DNA of 64,000 nt from Minisyncoccia bacterium (lineage in GTDB: Bacteria; Patescibacteriota; Minisyncoccia; Phycocordibacterales; UBA9973): positions 2,232 through 66,231 of the forward strand of contig JBBSBF010000001.1 of NCBI GenBank assembly GCA_038251535.1, written 5' to 3'. A model generated the notes under the pieces. The model was given only the letters and a program-made list of their open reading frames with translations. It had not been told where the DNA came from and ran no database searches. A program made the position numbers and the translations under genes. Of the stretch, positions 36,907-46,480 are shown in pieces. How positions within the stretch are numbered: the stretch's first letter is position 1; each line of letters opens with the position of its first letter.

Positions 36907-39192
36907 TTATTTCTTTTTCTGAAACCCTCTCGGTTTTTTTTCTTGCGCGAGGAGCTCGAGCGCTTGGTCGAGGGTGATCGTGTAGGGATCAAGCGGCTTT
37001 TTGATCGAGCGGAAGTTTCGTTCATGTCCGACGTATGGACCAAAGCGGCCGATGTTTGCGATGATGTCTTTGCCATCGCTCGGGTGTGTTCCGAGGATGC
37101 GAGGAAGTGCGAGGTAGTGGAGTGCCATGTCGAGCGTTACCGTACTTGGGTCGATCTCTTTGGGGATGCTTGCCATTTTTGGTTTCGCAATTTTTGCAAG
37201 TGCTGCTTTTTCTTCTTTTGCGGCGAGTTTTTGTTCAGGAGTTTTTTTTATGAGTTTTCCATTTTCGTCTCTCGCAGCTTTTGTTGCGACTTTTTTGGGT
37301 GCTCGGGTGCCGAGTTGTACATAGGGTCCGAAACGACCTACGAGGACAAATATTGGGAGTTTTGTCTCTGGGTCGATACCGACCGGCTCATCTTTTTTGA
37401 TTTCGGTGCCATCTATCGTGAGAGCGCCTTCGCAGTCAGGGTATCGATCACATGAGATGAACTTGCCACCACGGCCGAGTTTGACGATCATACTACTCCC
37501 ACAAACAGGGCATCTGAACTTTGGATCAGCGGCTTCGAGGATCGTTGCTTTATCAAGCTTGTCCTTTTCTTTGACTTCTTTTTGAAATGGACCATAAAAG
37601 TCTTTGAGTGTTTTTACATAATCACGTTCGCCGTTGGCGATCTCATCAAGTTCGTTTTCCATTTCGGCTGTAAAAGTGTCAGAAATATACTGCATAAAAT
37701 TTTGTTCGAGAAATGTCGATACGACCATGCCAGTATCGGTAGGTTTGAGAGAGCGACCGATCTTTTCTATGTAACCTCTCGTTTCAATCGTGCGAATGAT
37801 GGCTGCGTAGGTACTTGGTCTGCCGATGCCACGTGCTTCGAGTTCTTTCACCAAGCCTGCTTCAGAATATCTGTTAGGTGGCTGTGTTTGTTTTTCGGTA
37901 TCGAGTATGTCGACGAGGTCGAGCGACTCTTTTTCTTTGACCAACGGTAGTTCGACGTCTTCTCCGCGGGCATCGGGGTCTGCGATGAGCCATCCAGGGA
38001 ACAGCACTCTACTTCCCGTAGTAGTGAAGTCAGGGATACTCTCTGTACTCTCTACATTTGCGACCATGCGCGTTTTGAGTACTTTTGCATCAGCCATTTG
38101 TGAAGCCACGGTGCGTTCCCAGATGAGTGCGTAAAGTTTTTTCTGCTCTTCATTGTTTCCTGTAGAAAATTTCTCAACATGCGTTGGTCGGATCGCCTCA
38201 TGAGCTTCTTGGGCATTTTTTGCCTTTGTTTTGTAGGTACGTATTTCTAAGTATTCCTTGCCGTACTTTTTCTCAACTATTTTTGAGATAGCGGCGAGTG
38301 CGACAGCAGAAAGAGTGGTTGAGTCAGTACGCATATAACTGATATGTCCGGCTTCGTAGAGTTTCTGTGCGACCTGCATGGTGCGGCTCGGGGAGAAGCC
38401 AAGTCGCGAACTCGCTGCTTGCTGCAATGTCGAAGTAGTAAAGGGAGCACGAGGGCTTCTCTTTTGTTCACTTTCTTTTAGTTCTTTGACAAACCACGGC
38501 TCCTTTTTTCCGATAGCGATGATTCGATCAACTTCTTTTTTTGCTCGTGGTTCGTCGACGCAAGTCACTGTGATAGTAACACCTGTGGTTGTTTTGAAGT
38601 CTGCAGTTAGTACCCAGTATGTTTCAGGGATAAATGCATCAATCTCGCGTTCTCGTTCGACGAGTATGCGTAGTGCAGGGGATTGTACTCGGCCCGCAGA
38701 GAGTCCATATCGAACCTTTTTCCAGATGATACCAGAGAGATCATAGCCGACGAGACGATCAAGCACGCGGCGTGCCTCCTGGGCTTTTCTGAGATTGGTA
38801 TCGACACTACGCGGATGAGTAAGGGCGAGGGTTATGGCTTCTTTGGTGATTTCATTAAAGGTCACTCGAGAGATCGGGGACTTGACCTTTTTGTCTGCTT
38901 TCAAGAGCTCTTCGATATGCCATGCGATCGCCTCACCTTCGCGGTCCATATCAGTAGCGAGAATGATTTCGCCAGCTTTTTCTGCCAGTGAACGGAGTTC
39001 GTCGACTACTTTTTCTTTGCCTTTACTGATCTCATAGTGCGGCACAAAACCAGCATCGATATCAATGGCTTTTTTTTGGGACTTGGGCAAATCACGGATA
39101 TGTCCGACCGAAGCGCGCACGGTATATGCACCATCGAGATACTTCTCAATAGTTTTTGCTTTTGAAGGGGATTCGACGATCAATAATTTCAT
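36907..39192 (-). CDS. topA: DNA topoisomerase I
   Basis: Toprim start MKLLIVESPSKAKTIEKYL; active-site region; C-terminal zinc-ribbon CPVCGSSM...C..C. Start set at MKLL rather than the upstream ORF start. Confidence 0.9.
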   Translation of the reverse strand: MKLLIVESPSKAKTIEKYLDGAYTVRASVGHIRDLPKSQKKAIDIDAGFVPHYEISKGKEKVVDELRSLAEKAGEIILATDMDREGEAIAWHIEELLKADKKVKSPISRVTFNEITKEAITLALTHPRSVDTNLRKAQEARRVLDRLVGYDLSGIIWKKVRYGLSAGRVQSPALRILVEREREIDAFIPETYWVLTADFKTTTGVTITVTCVDEPRAKKEVDRIIAIGKKEPWFVKELKESEQKRSPRAPFTTSTLQQAASSRLGFSPSRTMQVAQKLYEAGHISYMRTDSTTLSAVALAAISKIVEKKYGKEYLEIRTYKTKAKNAQEAHEAIRPTHVEKFSTGNNEEQKKLYALIWERTVASQMADAKVLKTRMVANVESTESIPDFTTTGSRVLFPGWLIADPDARGEDVELPLVKEKESLDLVDILDTEKQTQPPNRYSEAGLVKELEARGIGRPSTYAAIIRTIETRGYIEKIGRSLKPTDTGMVVSTFLEQNFMQYISDTFTAEMENELDEIANGERDYVKTLKDFYGPFQKEVKEKDKLDKATILEAADPKFRCPVCGSSMIVKLGRGGKFISCDRYPDCEGALTIDGTEIKKDEPVGIDPETKLPIFVLVGRFGPYVQLGTRAPKKVATKAARDENGKLIKKTPEQKLAAKEEKAALAKIAKPKMASIPKEIDPSTVTLDMALHYLALPRILGTHPSDGKDIIANIGRFGPYVGHERNFRSIKKPLDPYTITLDQALELLAQEKKPRGFQKKK

Positions 39193-39294
39193 ATAAGTAG
39201 TTGCAGTAGTACCACGTGGAGAATTATTTAGCAAATTAGAAACATTTTTCAAATAAAAAACCGCCATATAATTGAATTAATACGGCGGCTATTT

Positions 39295-39786
39295 TTATGC
39301 GGCTTTTAAAGCTCTTCTTGAGATTTCATATAAACTTTTCAGCAAAGCTCTTTGCCTAAAAGGGATTTGGTCATTATTTACATCTAACACAAAAATGATT
39401 ACATCATCTATATCTTTTAATATTTCTTTAAATAAAGAAATAGCAATTAGAAATTGTCTTTGTGATGGCTTAATTCGAATATTTTTTTCAAAAGCACGAT
39501 CTTCAAATTTGATTACATGCTTTTTGACTAGGGCTCGCTTGCCGATTTGAGCCTTTGCATCAAATATTTCTTTTAGTATACGTCTATTGTGAATGCAGTT
39601 TGATATTTCTTCATTATCAATTAAATGCAATTCTTCAATGGTTGTGACGCCCAGACGTAGTGCTAATCGTTTTATAGAACCACTTGATAAGTTCTTTAAA
39701 AAAAATAACGGAATTTGTGCATTGCATACAATTTTCTTAGGAGGATTACCTTTTGAGTATTTACTCCGAATTACAGATACGATCAT
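39295..39786 (-). CDS. Hypothetical protein (163 aa), possible helix-hairpin-helix motif
   Basis: SGSIKRLALRLGVTTIEEL resembles an HhH/RNAP-alpha-CTD-like motif; between dprA and topA. Confidence 0.4.
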   Translation of the reverse strand: MIVSVIRSKYSKGNPPKKIVCNAQIPLFFLKNLSSGSIKRLALRLGVTTIEELHLIDNEEISNCIHNRRILKEIFDAKAQIGKRALVKKHVIKFEDRAFEKNIRIKPSQRQFLIAISLFKEILKDIDDVIIFVLDVNNDQIPFRQRALLKSLYEISRRALKAA

Positions 39787-39830
39787 AGTTAAAGATTTGG
39801 TTTGAAAGTACTCTACAACAAAAGTTTGAT

Positions 39831-40700
39831 TTACACAATACGCTGGACAAACCCCATACTTTCAGTGATCGCACCCTTGATTTCGAGTGTAGAAAAGATG
39901 ACGTTGGCGCTACTGGGGTCGAGGTCGAGTTCGCGCATAATCTGCTCTTTGGTTTTGGGTTCGTTCAGTGTTGCGAGCACTCGTTCTTCGTCGGTATTTA
40001 ACATCAGATATGCTGAAACATCTCCGGTCGGCTTTTCGGCAAAACCGAGTTCTTGGAGGATGTCTTTTGTCTCGGTGATCGGCGTTGCACCGAGTCTGAT
40101 GAGCCAGTTCGTCCCTTTGGAGTTTGGAGACGTGATGGTCCCTGGGACGGCGCCAACGATCTTGTTGTACTCAGTGCCAAGACGTGCGGTGATGAGGGTC
40201 CCTGATTTTTCTTCTGCCTCGATAATGATAACCATGTCTGAGAGTCCTGCCTTGAGGCGATTGCGACGGGGAAATGTCCAGATGGCACCACGAGTGTCGT
40301 GTGGAAATTCTGAAACGAGTGCGCCGCCTGACTGCAAGATCTCTTCGGCGAGTCCGCGGTGTTGTGCTGGATGCAAGACATTCCAGTTGAGTCCTGAGCC
40401 AGGGAACGCAATGGTAGGAAGTCCGGCGTCGAGTGCTGCTCGATGTGCGATGGAGTCGATACCGATGGCAAGTCCTGAGACGATCGTGACGGGATATCCC
40501 GCAAGCCCTGCGATCAAAGCTTGGCAGACACTTTTGCCGTAGCTGGTGTAGTTGCGACTTCCAACGACGGTGATGTACTTTGTTCCTTTCGCTTGAGTAA
40601 GTGACCCACGCATAAAGAGTGACTTGGGAGGTTGGGGAATTTCGGCGAGTGCCGGGAATGCGTCAAAGGGATCAATCGTTGTGATAGGAAACCGCTCCAT
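39831..40700 (-). CDS. dprA: DNA processing protein DprA (Smf)
   Basis: Rossmann-like motif VVGSRNYTSYGKSVCQALIAGLAGYPVTIVSGLAIGIDSIAHRAAL; start at MERFPITTID. Confidence 0.85.
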   Translation of the reverse strand: MERFPITTIDPFDAFPALAEIPQPPKSLFMRGSLTQAKGTKYITVVGSRNYTSYGKSVCQALIAGLAGYPVTIVSGLAIGIDSIAHRAALDAGLPTIAFPGSGLNWNVLHPAQHRGLAEEILQSGGALVSEFPHDTRGAIWTFPRRNRLKAGLSDMVIIIEAEEKSGTLITARLGTEYNKIVGAVPGTITSPNSKGTNWLIRLGATPITETKDILQELGFAEKPTGDVSAYLMLNTDEERVLATLNEPKTKEQIMRELDLDPSSANVIFSTLEIKGAITESMGFVQRIV

Positions 40701-40733
40701 TGAATAATTGTACCATTTTGGTACTATGTCCTT

Positions 40734-41999
40734 ATGCTCGATATTAAATTTATCAAAGAAAACCCCGACCTTATCAAAGACGCAGTTCGTAAAAAACACC
40801 TTTCATTTGATGTCGACGCGCTCCTGTTGGTTGAAGAAAAACGAAAAGCGGCGCAAGCGTTGTTTGAAACATTGCGCACTGAGCAAAACACTCTCTCGGA
40901 TGAAATTCCCAAAACAACTGATGGGGCAAAACGAGCCGAACTCATCGAATCGTTGAAACCACTCAAAGAAAAAGTACAAGCAGCCGAAGAAGACATCAAG
41001 ACCATCATGAAAGAGTGGCATACGCTCATGCTCCAGGTACCCAACGTGCCAGATGTATCAGTTCCAGAAGGAGCAAATGATGAAGAAAATGTTGAGTGCA
41101 AAATTTGGGGAGAGCAACCGATGTTTGATTTTGAGGTGAACGATCATGTAGAGCTTATGGAAAAGCTCGATATGGTGGACTTTGATAGAGGAACCAAAGT
41201 TGCAGGTTTTCGTGGGTACTTTCTCAAAAACGATGCAGTGTTGTTGCAGTTTGCATTGTGGCAGTACTGTATGCAACATGTCATCGCAAAAGGATTTTCG
41301 CCATTTGTCGTTCCTTCGTTGGTTACCAAACACTCTTTATATGGTACTGGGTATTTACCTCAAGGTGAAGAAGATTTGTACAAGACACAAGACGACGATT
41401 ACCTCGCAGGTACAGGAGAAGTAGCAATGATGTCATACCATTCTGATGAAGTGTTGGCAGTAGGCGATCTTCCCAAAAAATATGTGGCCTTCTCACCGTG
41501 TTTTCGTCGTGAAGCGGGAAGTCACGGCAAAGATGTAAAAGGGCTCATTCGAGTGCATGAATTTTACAAACTAGAACAAGTCGTACTCTGTGAGGCAAGT
41601 CACGAGATGTCAGTAAAATACCACGAAGAAGTCACCGCAAATGTTGAAGAATTGTTGCAGGCGCTTGGGCTGCATTATCACATCGTGACGAACTGCGGTG
41701 GAGATCTCGGACTAGGACAAGTCAAAAAATATGATATCGAAGTATGGATGCCAAGTCAGAAAAAATTTCGCGAGACACATTCGGCCTCATATTTTCATGA
41801 TTTTCAGACACGACGACTCAACATCAGATACAAAGATGCCGAGGGGAAACTTCGCTATGCACACTCACTCAACAACACACTCATCGCAACACCATCACGG
41901 ATGATCCCCGCTATTATAGAAAATTTTCAACAGCCCGATGGTCGTATCAAAGTGCCCGAAGTCCTTCGTCCATATGTTGGTAAAGAGTATCTTGGATAA
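40734..41999 (+). CDS. serS: Seryl-tRNA synthetase
   Basis: N-terminal coiled-coil arm; class II motifs (FRREAGSHGKDVKGLIRVHEF; GLGQ...). Confidence 0.9.
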   Translation: MLDIKFIKENPDLIKDAVRKKHLSFDVDALLLVEEKRKAAQALFETLRTEQNTLSDEIPKTTDGAKRAELIESLKPLKEKVQAAEEDIKTIMKEWHTLMLQVPNVPDVSVPEGANDEENVECKIWGEQPMFDFEVNDHVELMEKLDMVDFDRGTKVAGFRGYFLKNDAVLLQFALWQYCMQHVIAKGFSPFVVPSLVTKHSLYGTGYLPQGEEDLYKTQDDDYLAGTGEVAMMSYHSDEVLAVGDLPKKYVAFSPCFRREAGSHGKDVKGLIRVHEFYKLEQVVLCEASHEMSVKYHEEVTANVEELLQALGLHYHIVTNCGGDLGLGQVKKYDIEVWMPSQKKFRETHSASYFHDFQTRRLNIRYKDAEGKLRYAHSLNNTLIATPSRMIPAIIENFQQPDGRIKVPEVLRPYVGKEYLG

Positions 42000-42001
42000 G
42001 T

Positions 42002-42829
42002 ATGTATGAACGGACATACCATAAAACAGTACTGAAACAAGACAGTAATGCAAAAAAGCAAAAACCCTTTCCATGGAAACTTTTCTTGTTCATCGTCGGT
42101 ATTGTGTTCGTCGTCGTTGGTATCGTCTTGTTGATCAAGCTCCCCAAATTTCAAGTGAGTCAGATACATGTAGAAGGCACGCACGTTGCTGATCCGATGG
42201 ATGTATCACAGTCCGTCATGGCTCTCCTTCAAGGTCAACATTTATGGATACTACCAAAGTCGAGCATTTTTTTAGTATCTACCTCAAGCATTTCTCATGC
42301 AGTGTTGCAGTCATATCCTCGATTTAAAACAATAGAAGTAACGCGTGACTCGATGCACTCGCTACGAGTAGTCGTATCCGAATACACTGGTCTGTATCTC
42401 TGGTGTGATAGCGATCAGGTGTGTTCATTTATGGATGAACAGGGTACCGTGTTTGCCGATGCGCCATATTTTTCAGGTAATGCATATCTCAAAATATATA
42501 AAGGAGAGCGAAAGCCGTACCCGTTCGATCCGCTCGATGATCAGGAGCGAGCTAAGATTGCGTTGATACAAGATCGACTCAAGGCGATCGACGTCGAACC
42601 GATTTCATTTTTATTTATTTCAGAGCACAATCTTTCAGTGGTATTTGATCATAGTAAGCACGACGCGAACATTATATTTGATCCAGCAAAAGATACTGAA
42701 GCTGCACTCGACATACTCTATAGCGCACTTCGTACTGAACCACTGTCGAGTCAGTATCGCGATGCATCAAAGGTACTCGAATACTTGGATGTTCGATTTG
42801 GAAATAAGGTAATTTATAAATTCCACTAG
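42002..42829 (+). CDS. FtsQ/DivIB-like cell division protein (TM + POTRA)
   Basis: N-terminal TM LFLFIVGIVFVVVGIVLLI then a POTRA-like beta-alpha region; 275 aa. Confidence 0.5.
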   Translation: MYERTYHKTVLKQDSNAKKQKPFPWKLFLFIVGIVFVVVGIVLLIKLPKFQVSQIHVEGTHVADPMDVSQSVMALLQGQHLWILPKSSIFLVSTSSISHAVLQSYPRFKTIEVTRDSMHSLRVVVSEYTGLYLWCDSDQVCSFMDEQGTVFADAPYFSGNAYLKIYKGERKPYPFDPLDDQERAKIALIQDRLKAIDVEPISFLFISEHNLSVVFDHSKHDANIIFDPAKDTEAALDILYSALRTEPLSSQYRDASKVLEYLDVRFGNKVIYKFH

Positions 42830-42830
42830 T

Positions 42831-43901
42831 ATGAATTTTTGGCAAACACTGCGACATGAGCGAAAGCCGTTTTTTTGTGTCGCACCCATGGCTGATGTGA
42901 CCGATGCGGCATTTCGTCGTCTCATTGTTCGATACGGCAAACCAGACGTCATGTGGACTGAGTTTGTCTCTGCCAACGGACTGATGAGTGGCGGGCGTGA
43001 GGTGCTCGCTCGCGACCTGGTGTATAGCGAAGGAGAGCGACCGATTGTGGCACAGCTTTTTTCTTCAGATCCGGTGATGATGGAAGGTGCAGTGAAGCTT
43101 GCGTGTGAGCTTGGGTTTGATGGAGTAGATATCAACATGGGTTGCCCTGACAAAACGATCGAGAAGCAAGGATCGGGAGCCGCAATGATCAAAGACCCCG
43201 ATGCAGCACTTGCCGTTATTAACGCCGCGAAGCGTGCGATCAAGGCCTCGGGCAAAGATATCCCACTTTCAGTCAAAACACGTGTTGGGTACAACAGCGT
43301 GCAGATCGATACCTGGATACCGATGCTCCTCTCTACGGGTATCGCCGCGCTGTCCGTGCATGCACGCACTCGCAAAGACATGTCAAAAGTTCCTGCTCAG
43401 TGGGACTATATCAAACAGGTCGTCCTCCTTCGTGACGCTCTTGCACCCGACACGGTCGTCATCGGTAACGGGGACGTGACGAGTCTCCATGACGGGAGAG
43501 CAAAGGCAACGATGAGTGGCTGCGACGGCGTGATGGCAGGGCGTGCACTGTTTGGAAATCCATGGTTTTTTGACGAGAGTAGGGAAGTCAATGCAACGCT
43601 TCCAAAGCGATCGATGTTTTACAAGGTGCCACTACTGAAAATGTTTTTTGATACAAAGCGTGGCGCTCCGATGTCAAAAACAAATCCGATCACGATAGAA
43701 GAACGGCTCCATGTTTTAGTGGAGCACACAGAGCTTTTTGAAGAACTTCTGGGTGATATCAAAAGCTTCGCCATCATGAAAAAACATTTCAAGGCGTACT
43801 GCACAGGGTTTACTGGTGCAAAAGAGTTGCGTATACAACTCATGGAGACCAAGAGCAGTGAAGAGACGAGACATATTGTGGAAGGATTTCTAAAGAATTG
43901 A
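42831..43901 (+). CDS. dus: tRNA-dihydrouridine synthase
   Basis: FCVAPMADVTDAAFRRL; TIM-barrel FMN site; ...GNGDV... motif. Confidence 0.85.
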   Translation: MNFWQTLRHERKPFFCVAPMADVTDAAFRRLIVRYGKPDVMWTEFVSANGLMSGGREVLARDLVYSEGERPIVAQLFSSDPVMMEGAVKLACELGFDGVDINMGCPDKTIEKQGSGAAMIKDPDAALAVINAAKRAIKASGKDIPLSVKTRVGYNSVQIDTWIPMLLSTGIAALSVHARTRKDMSKVPAQWDYIKQVVLLRDALAPDTVVIGNGDVTSLHDGRAKATMSGCDGVMAGRALFGNPWFFDESREVNATLPKRSMFYKVPLLKMFFDTKRGAPMSKTNPITIEERLHVLVEHTELFEELLGDIKSFAIMKKHFKAYCTGFTGAKELRIQLMETKSSEETRHIVEGFLKN

Positions 43902-43916
43902 CAAAAATGTATACTT

Positions 43917-44417
43917 ATGGTATTGTTTCAAAAAATATTATTTATGAGACATGAAGATATAACAGCTATTGTAGGTGGAGCTGTAGAAACAAATTTACAA
44001 CTTACAAACCACGCCTGCTCATTAAAAGAAATTTTGAAAGAAAAAGAACAGAAACTTGATTTATCACATCATAACGTGAAAAGTCAGATTAGGTTTGTAA
44101 TAAACAATTATTACGACCATAATAATGATTACTTTTCTGATTTTTTAAATCAACAAGTGCCCGCAGGGCATGAAAAAGATTATGGATTGGAAATACAACA
44201 TGTTGCGGATCGGTTCGGAGCAAGCAATCTACTGTATCTGACTTATGCTATCAAGCACACATTACTGACTGGTACGCGTACAGAAGTTGTACTCAAAGAT
44301 AAGCAGACTCTTGAAAAATTGGAAGATTTTTTCTCAGGAATTGAAAAAGCGCTTGATCTGTTTATTCAGCGAATTGCAGTTGATAATACATATGTGGTTA
44401 TAGATAAGAAAAAGTAA
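43917..44417 (+). CDS. Hypothetical protein (166 aa)
   Basis: Intact ORF; terminator at 44425. Confidence 0.4.
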   Translation: MVLFQKILFMRHEDITAIVGGAVETNLQLTNHACSLKEILKEKEQKLDLSHHNVKSQIRFVINNYYDHNNDYFSDFLNQQVPAGHEKDYGLEIQHVADRFGASNLLYLTYAIKHTLLTGTRTEVVLKDKQTLEKLEDFFSGIEKALDLFIQRIAVDNTYVVIDKKK

Positions 44418-44424
44418 ATAAGTA

Positions 44425-44455
44425 AATCCCTGCCCAAAAAAGCAGGGATTTTTTA
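44425..44455 (+). terminator. Rho-independent terminator
   Basis: aaatccctgc-ccaaaaaa-gcagggattttttaatt. Confidence 0.7.
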
Positions 44456-44474
44456 ATTCTGTTACAATAGCGCT

Positions 44475-45533
44475 ATGAAAGATGCGATGCTAAACCAGGT
44501 GTTTTACCGAAAATATCGGCCAGATGATTGGAAAAAAGTCATCGGGCAAGAACACATCGTATCAGTACTCGAAGCATCCATACGAAACAACACCTTTTCT
44601 CACGCGTACCTGTTCACGGGTAGCCGTGGTACGGGCAAAACGTCAGTTGCCCGTATCTTTGCGGCTTCTCTTGGTACTAACCCCGAAGACATCAATGAGA
44701 TCGATGCCGCATCAAACCGGAGTATCGACGACATCCGAGAGTTGCGCCAAGCAGTACGCGTGTTGCCGTTTTCATCAGTGTTCAAGGTTTACATTATCGA
44801 CGAGGTACACATGTTGACCAAGGATGCATTCAATGCACTTTTGAAGACGCTCGAAGAGCCACCGGCGCATGTGATATTTATCCTCGCGACAACAGAGCAG
44901 GGCAAAGTACCTGAGACGATACTCTCGCGATGTCAGGTGTTTTCGTTCAGAAAACCAACAGAAAAAATACTTGCACAAACGCTGCGTGATGTCGCCACGA
45001 AAGAATCATTTACCATCGACGCAGAGTCGGCGTCCTTGATCGCTTTTCTTTCTGAAGGATCGTTTCGCGATGCGCTCGGCATGCTGCAAAAGATTTGCTC
45101 AGGTTCCCCGACTCGAGTGATCACGAGAGAGGTCGTAGAGATGATCACTGGCGCCCCGACGCTCTCGACCATCACCGAGCTCTACCGCGCACTGATCGTA
45201 CGAGATATCGATCTCGCGTACCAGACACTCGCTCGTGCACAGGCACATCACACTGATATGATGCTGTTGGCGAGCCTGTTTCTCGATGTTATGCGTGCAT
45301 CTCTCATGTATCGGTATGCGCCGTCGATGCGAGAGACATTTGAAGATGAGCATTCGGAGGTGTATGTCGAGCTTGTCAAAGCGGGTGCGATCGAAGGTAT
45401 GGAGGCGATATCATCTCGCGGCGTTATCGCGATGATTACGGCGATTGAGCGCATCGCGTACGCAGCAGTCCCGGCGTTACCGCTCGAACTCGCGATGATC
45501 GAGATGATGGGGATTGAATCTTCGTTGAAATAG
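44475..45533 (+). CDS. dnaX: DNA polymerase III subunit gamma/tau, short form
   Basis: Walker A FTGSRGTGKTSVARIFA; Walker B YIIDEVHML; sensor SRCQVF; 352 aa. Confidence 0.85.
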   Translation: MKDAMLNQVFYRKYRPDDWKKVIGQEHIVSVLEASIRNNTFSHAYLFTGSRGTGKTSVARIFAASLGTNPEDINEIDAASNRSIDDIRELRQAVRVLPFSSVFKVYIIDEVHMLTKDAFNALLKTLEEPPAHVIFILATTEQGKVPETILSRCQVFSFRKPTEKILAQTLRDVATKESFTIDAESASLIAFLSEGSFRDALGMLQKICSGSPTRVITREVVEMITGAPTLSTITELYRALIVRDIDLAYQTLARAQAHHTDMMLLASLFLDVMRASLMYRYAPSMRETFEDEHSEVYVELVKAGAIEGMEAISSRGVIAMITAIERIAYAAVPALPLELAMIEMMGIESSLK

Positions 45534-45565
45534 CATACATTTTGTGTTATAAAATATCAGCGTCT

Positions 45566-45760
45566 CGGGGAATCGTTCTCATGCTCCCGTTTTCTTAAAC
45601 CGAAGGTTTGTAGAAAACGCAGTGCAGAGAGAGCGAAGCTCGAATCGTAGTACGACGCGAGTCCTACTATTGGGGAATCGTCTGGTGGTGGGAATACAAA
45701 TGAATCTGCTTTCATTTGTATCCGGTTCCGAAGGAATGCAGTGCTTTTTGTAAACAAAGC
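45566..45760 (+). repeat. Cluster of partial tRNA-Gln copies (5' acceptor/D-arm and T-arm fragments) with an 11-bp perfect hairpin
   Basis: ggggaatcgt appears at 45567 and 45672 as well as at the true tRNA start 45762; gcgagtcctac at 45655 mimics the T-arm 3' half; hairpin atacaaatgaa-tctgct-ttcatttgtat. Confidence 0.5.
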
Positions 45761-45831
45761 TGGGGAATCGTCTAATGGTAGGACAACGGATTTTGGTTCC
45801 GTTTATCTAGGTTCGAGTCCTAGTTCCCCAG
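45761..45831 (+). tRNA. tRNA-Gln (anticodon TTG)
   Basis: Acceptor tggggaa/ttcccca; anticodon arm acgga-ttTTGgt-tccgt; T-arm ctaggTTCGAGTcctag; discriminator G; 71 nt. Confidence 0.85.
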
Positions 45832-45959
45832 CTTTGAGTGCAAATCACTGCAAGGGGATTTTGGTTCCGTTTACTATAGGTCCCTATTTTTAATGAACGA
45901 AGTGATTATAAAAATAGTGGATCTCGACCAGCGGAAGAGGCGAGTCCTAGTTCCCCAGC
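45832..45959 (+). repeat. tRNA-3'-end-associated element, Gln-locus copy A1
   Basis: Pseudo anticodon arm ggggattttggttccgttta, conserved core gaacgaagtgattataaaaatagtggatctcgaccagcggaagaggc, then cgagtcctagttccccagc (exact copy of the tRNA-Gln 3' 17 nt). Near-identical to 47182-47307. Confidence 0.7.
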
Positions 45960-46009
45960 AAACAAAAAACTGTATTTAATAAATACAGTTTTAAAATAGT
46001 TTTTTAATT

Positions 46010-46354
46010 TTAAGCAATGCCTAAAATCTTCCGCTCTTCCGGTGAAAGCTTTTTAAGTGCAGCTTCTTTAATTTTCAAAATTTCTTTTTCATCATCAAAG
46101 TGCAAGGCTGTTCTTGATTCATTCATAGTAAATCCATTTTTACCGTCTGAAAGTACAAATACTTCATCAACCTTTACTCTGTTAGAGTCATTTTGTTGCC
46201 CAGCAAATGCTTTAGCAACATCAGGGTTTTTGAAGAAACCAAGAGAAACAGGATTTAGTCCGTCTACGTCTACTCGGTAGACTTCGCTCATGAGAACAAT
46301 TTTATAAGAACTTAAATCTTGTCCAATGAGTTTCTCAAGAAATTTGTTTATCAT
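46010..46354 (-). CDS. Hypothetical protein (114 aa), cassette ORF 1
   Basis: Intact ORF with minus-strand terminator aaaaaactgtattta-ataaatacagtttt at 45962-45995. Confidence 0.45.
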   Translation of the reverse strand: MINKFLEKLIGQDLSSYKIVLMSEVYRVDVDGLNPVSLGFFKNPDVAKAFAGQQNDSNRVKVDEVFVLSDGKNGFTMNESRTALHFDDEKEILKIKEAALKKLSPEERKILGIA

Positions 46355-46400
46355 TGTATGGTAGTTTTAATTTAAATGGATATTATAATATTTCCTTTAT

Positions 46401-46442
46401 TTGTCAATCAATATGGTTCTAACATCGTCCCAGACCCCTAGC
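46401..46442 (+). repeat. Cassette boundary repeat R1
   Basis: ttgtcaatcaatatggttctaacatcgtcccagacccctagc. Confidence 0.65.
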
Positions 46443-46480
46443 AAATAAAAAACTGCATCAATTGTTGATGCAGTTTAAAG

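Noticed and set aside
45566-45760. tmRNA (ssrA) gene, suggested by GGGG... 5' ends and T-arm-like 3' pieces
   Set aside because: No tag-peptide reading frame ending in ...A-A-stop. No tRNA-Ala-like acceptor or CCA context. The pieces are better explained as fragments of tRNA-Gln.
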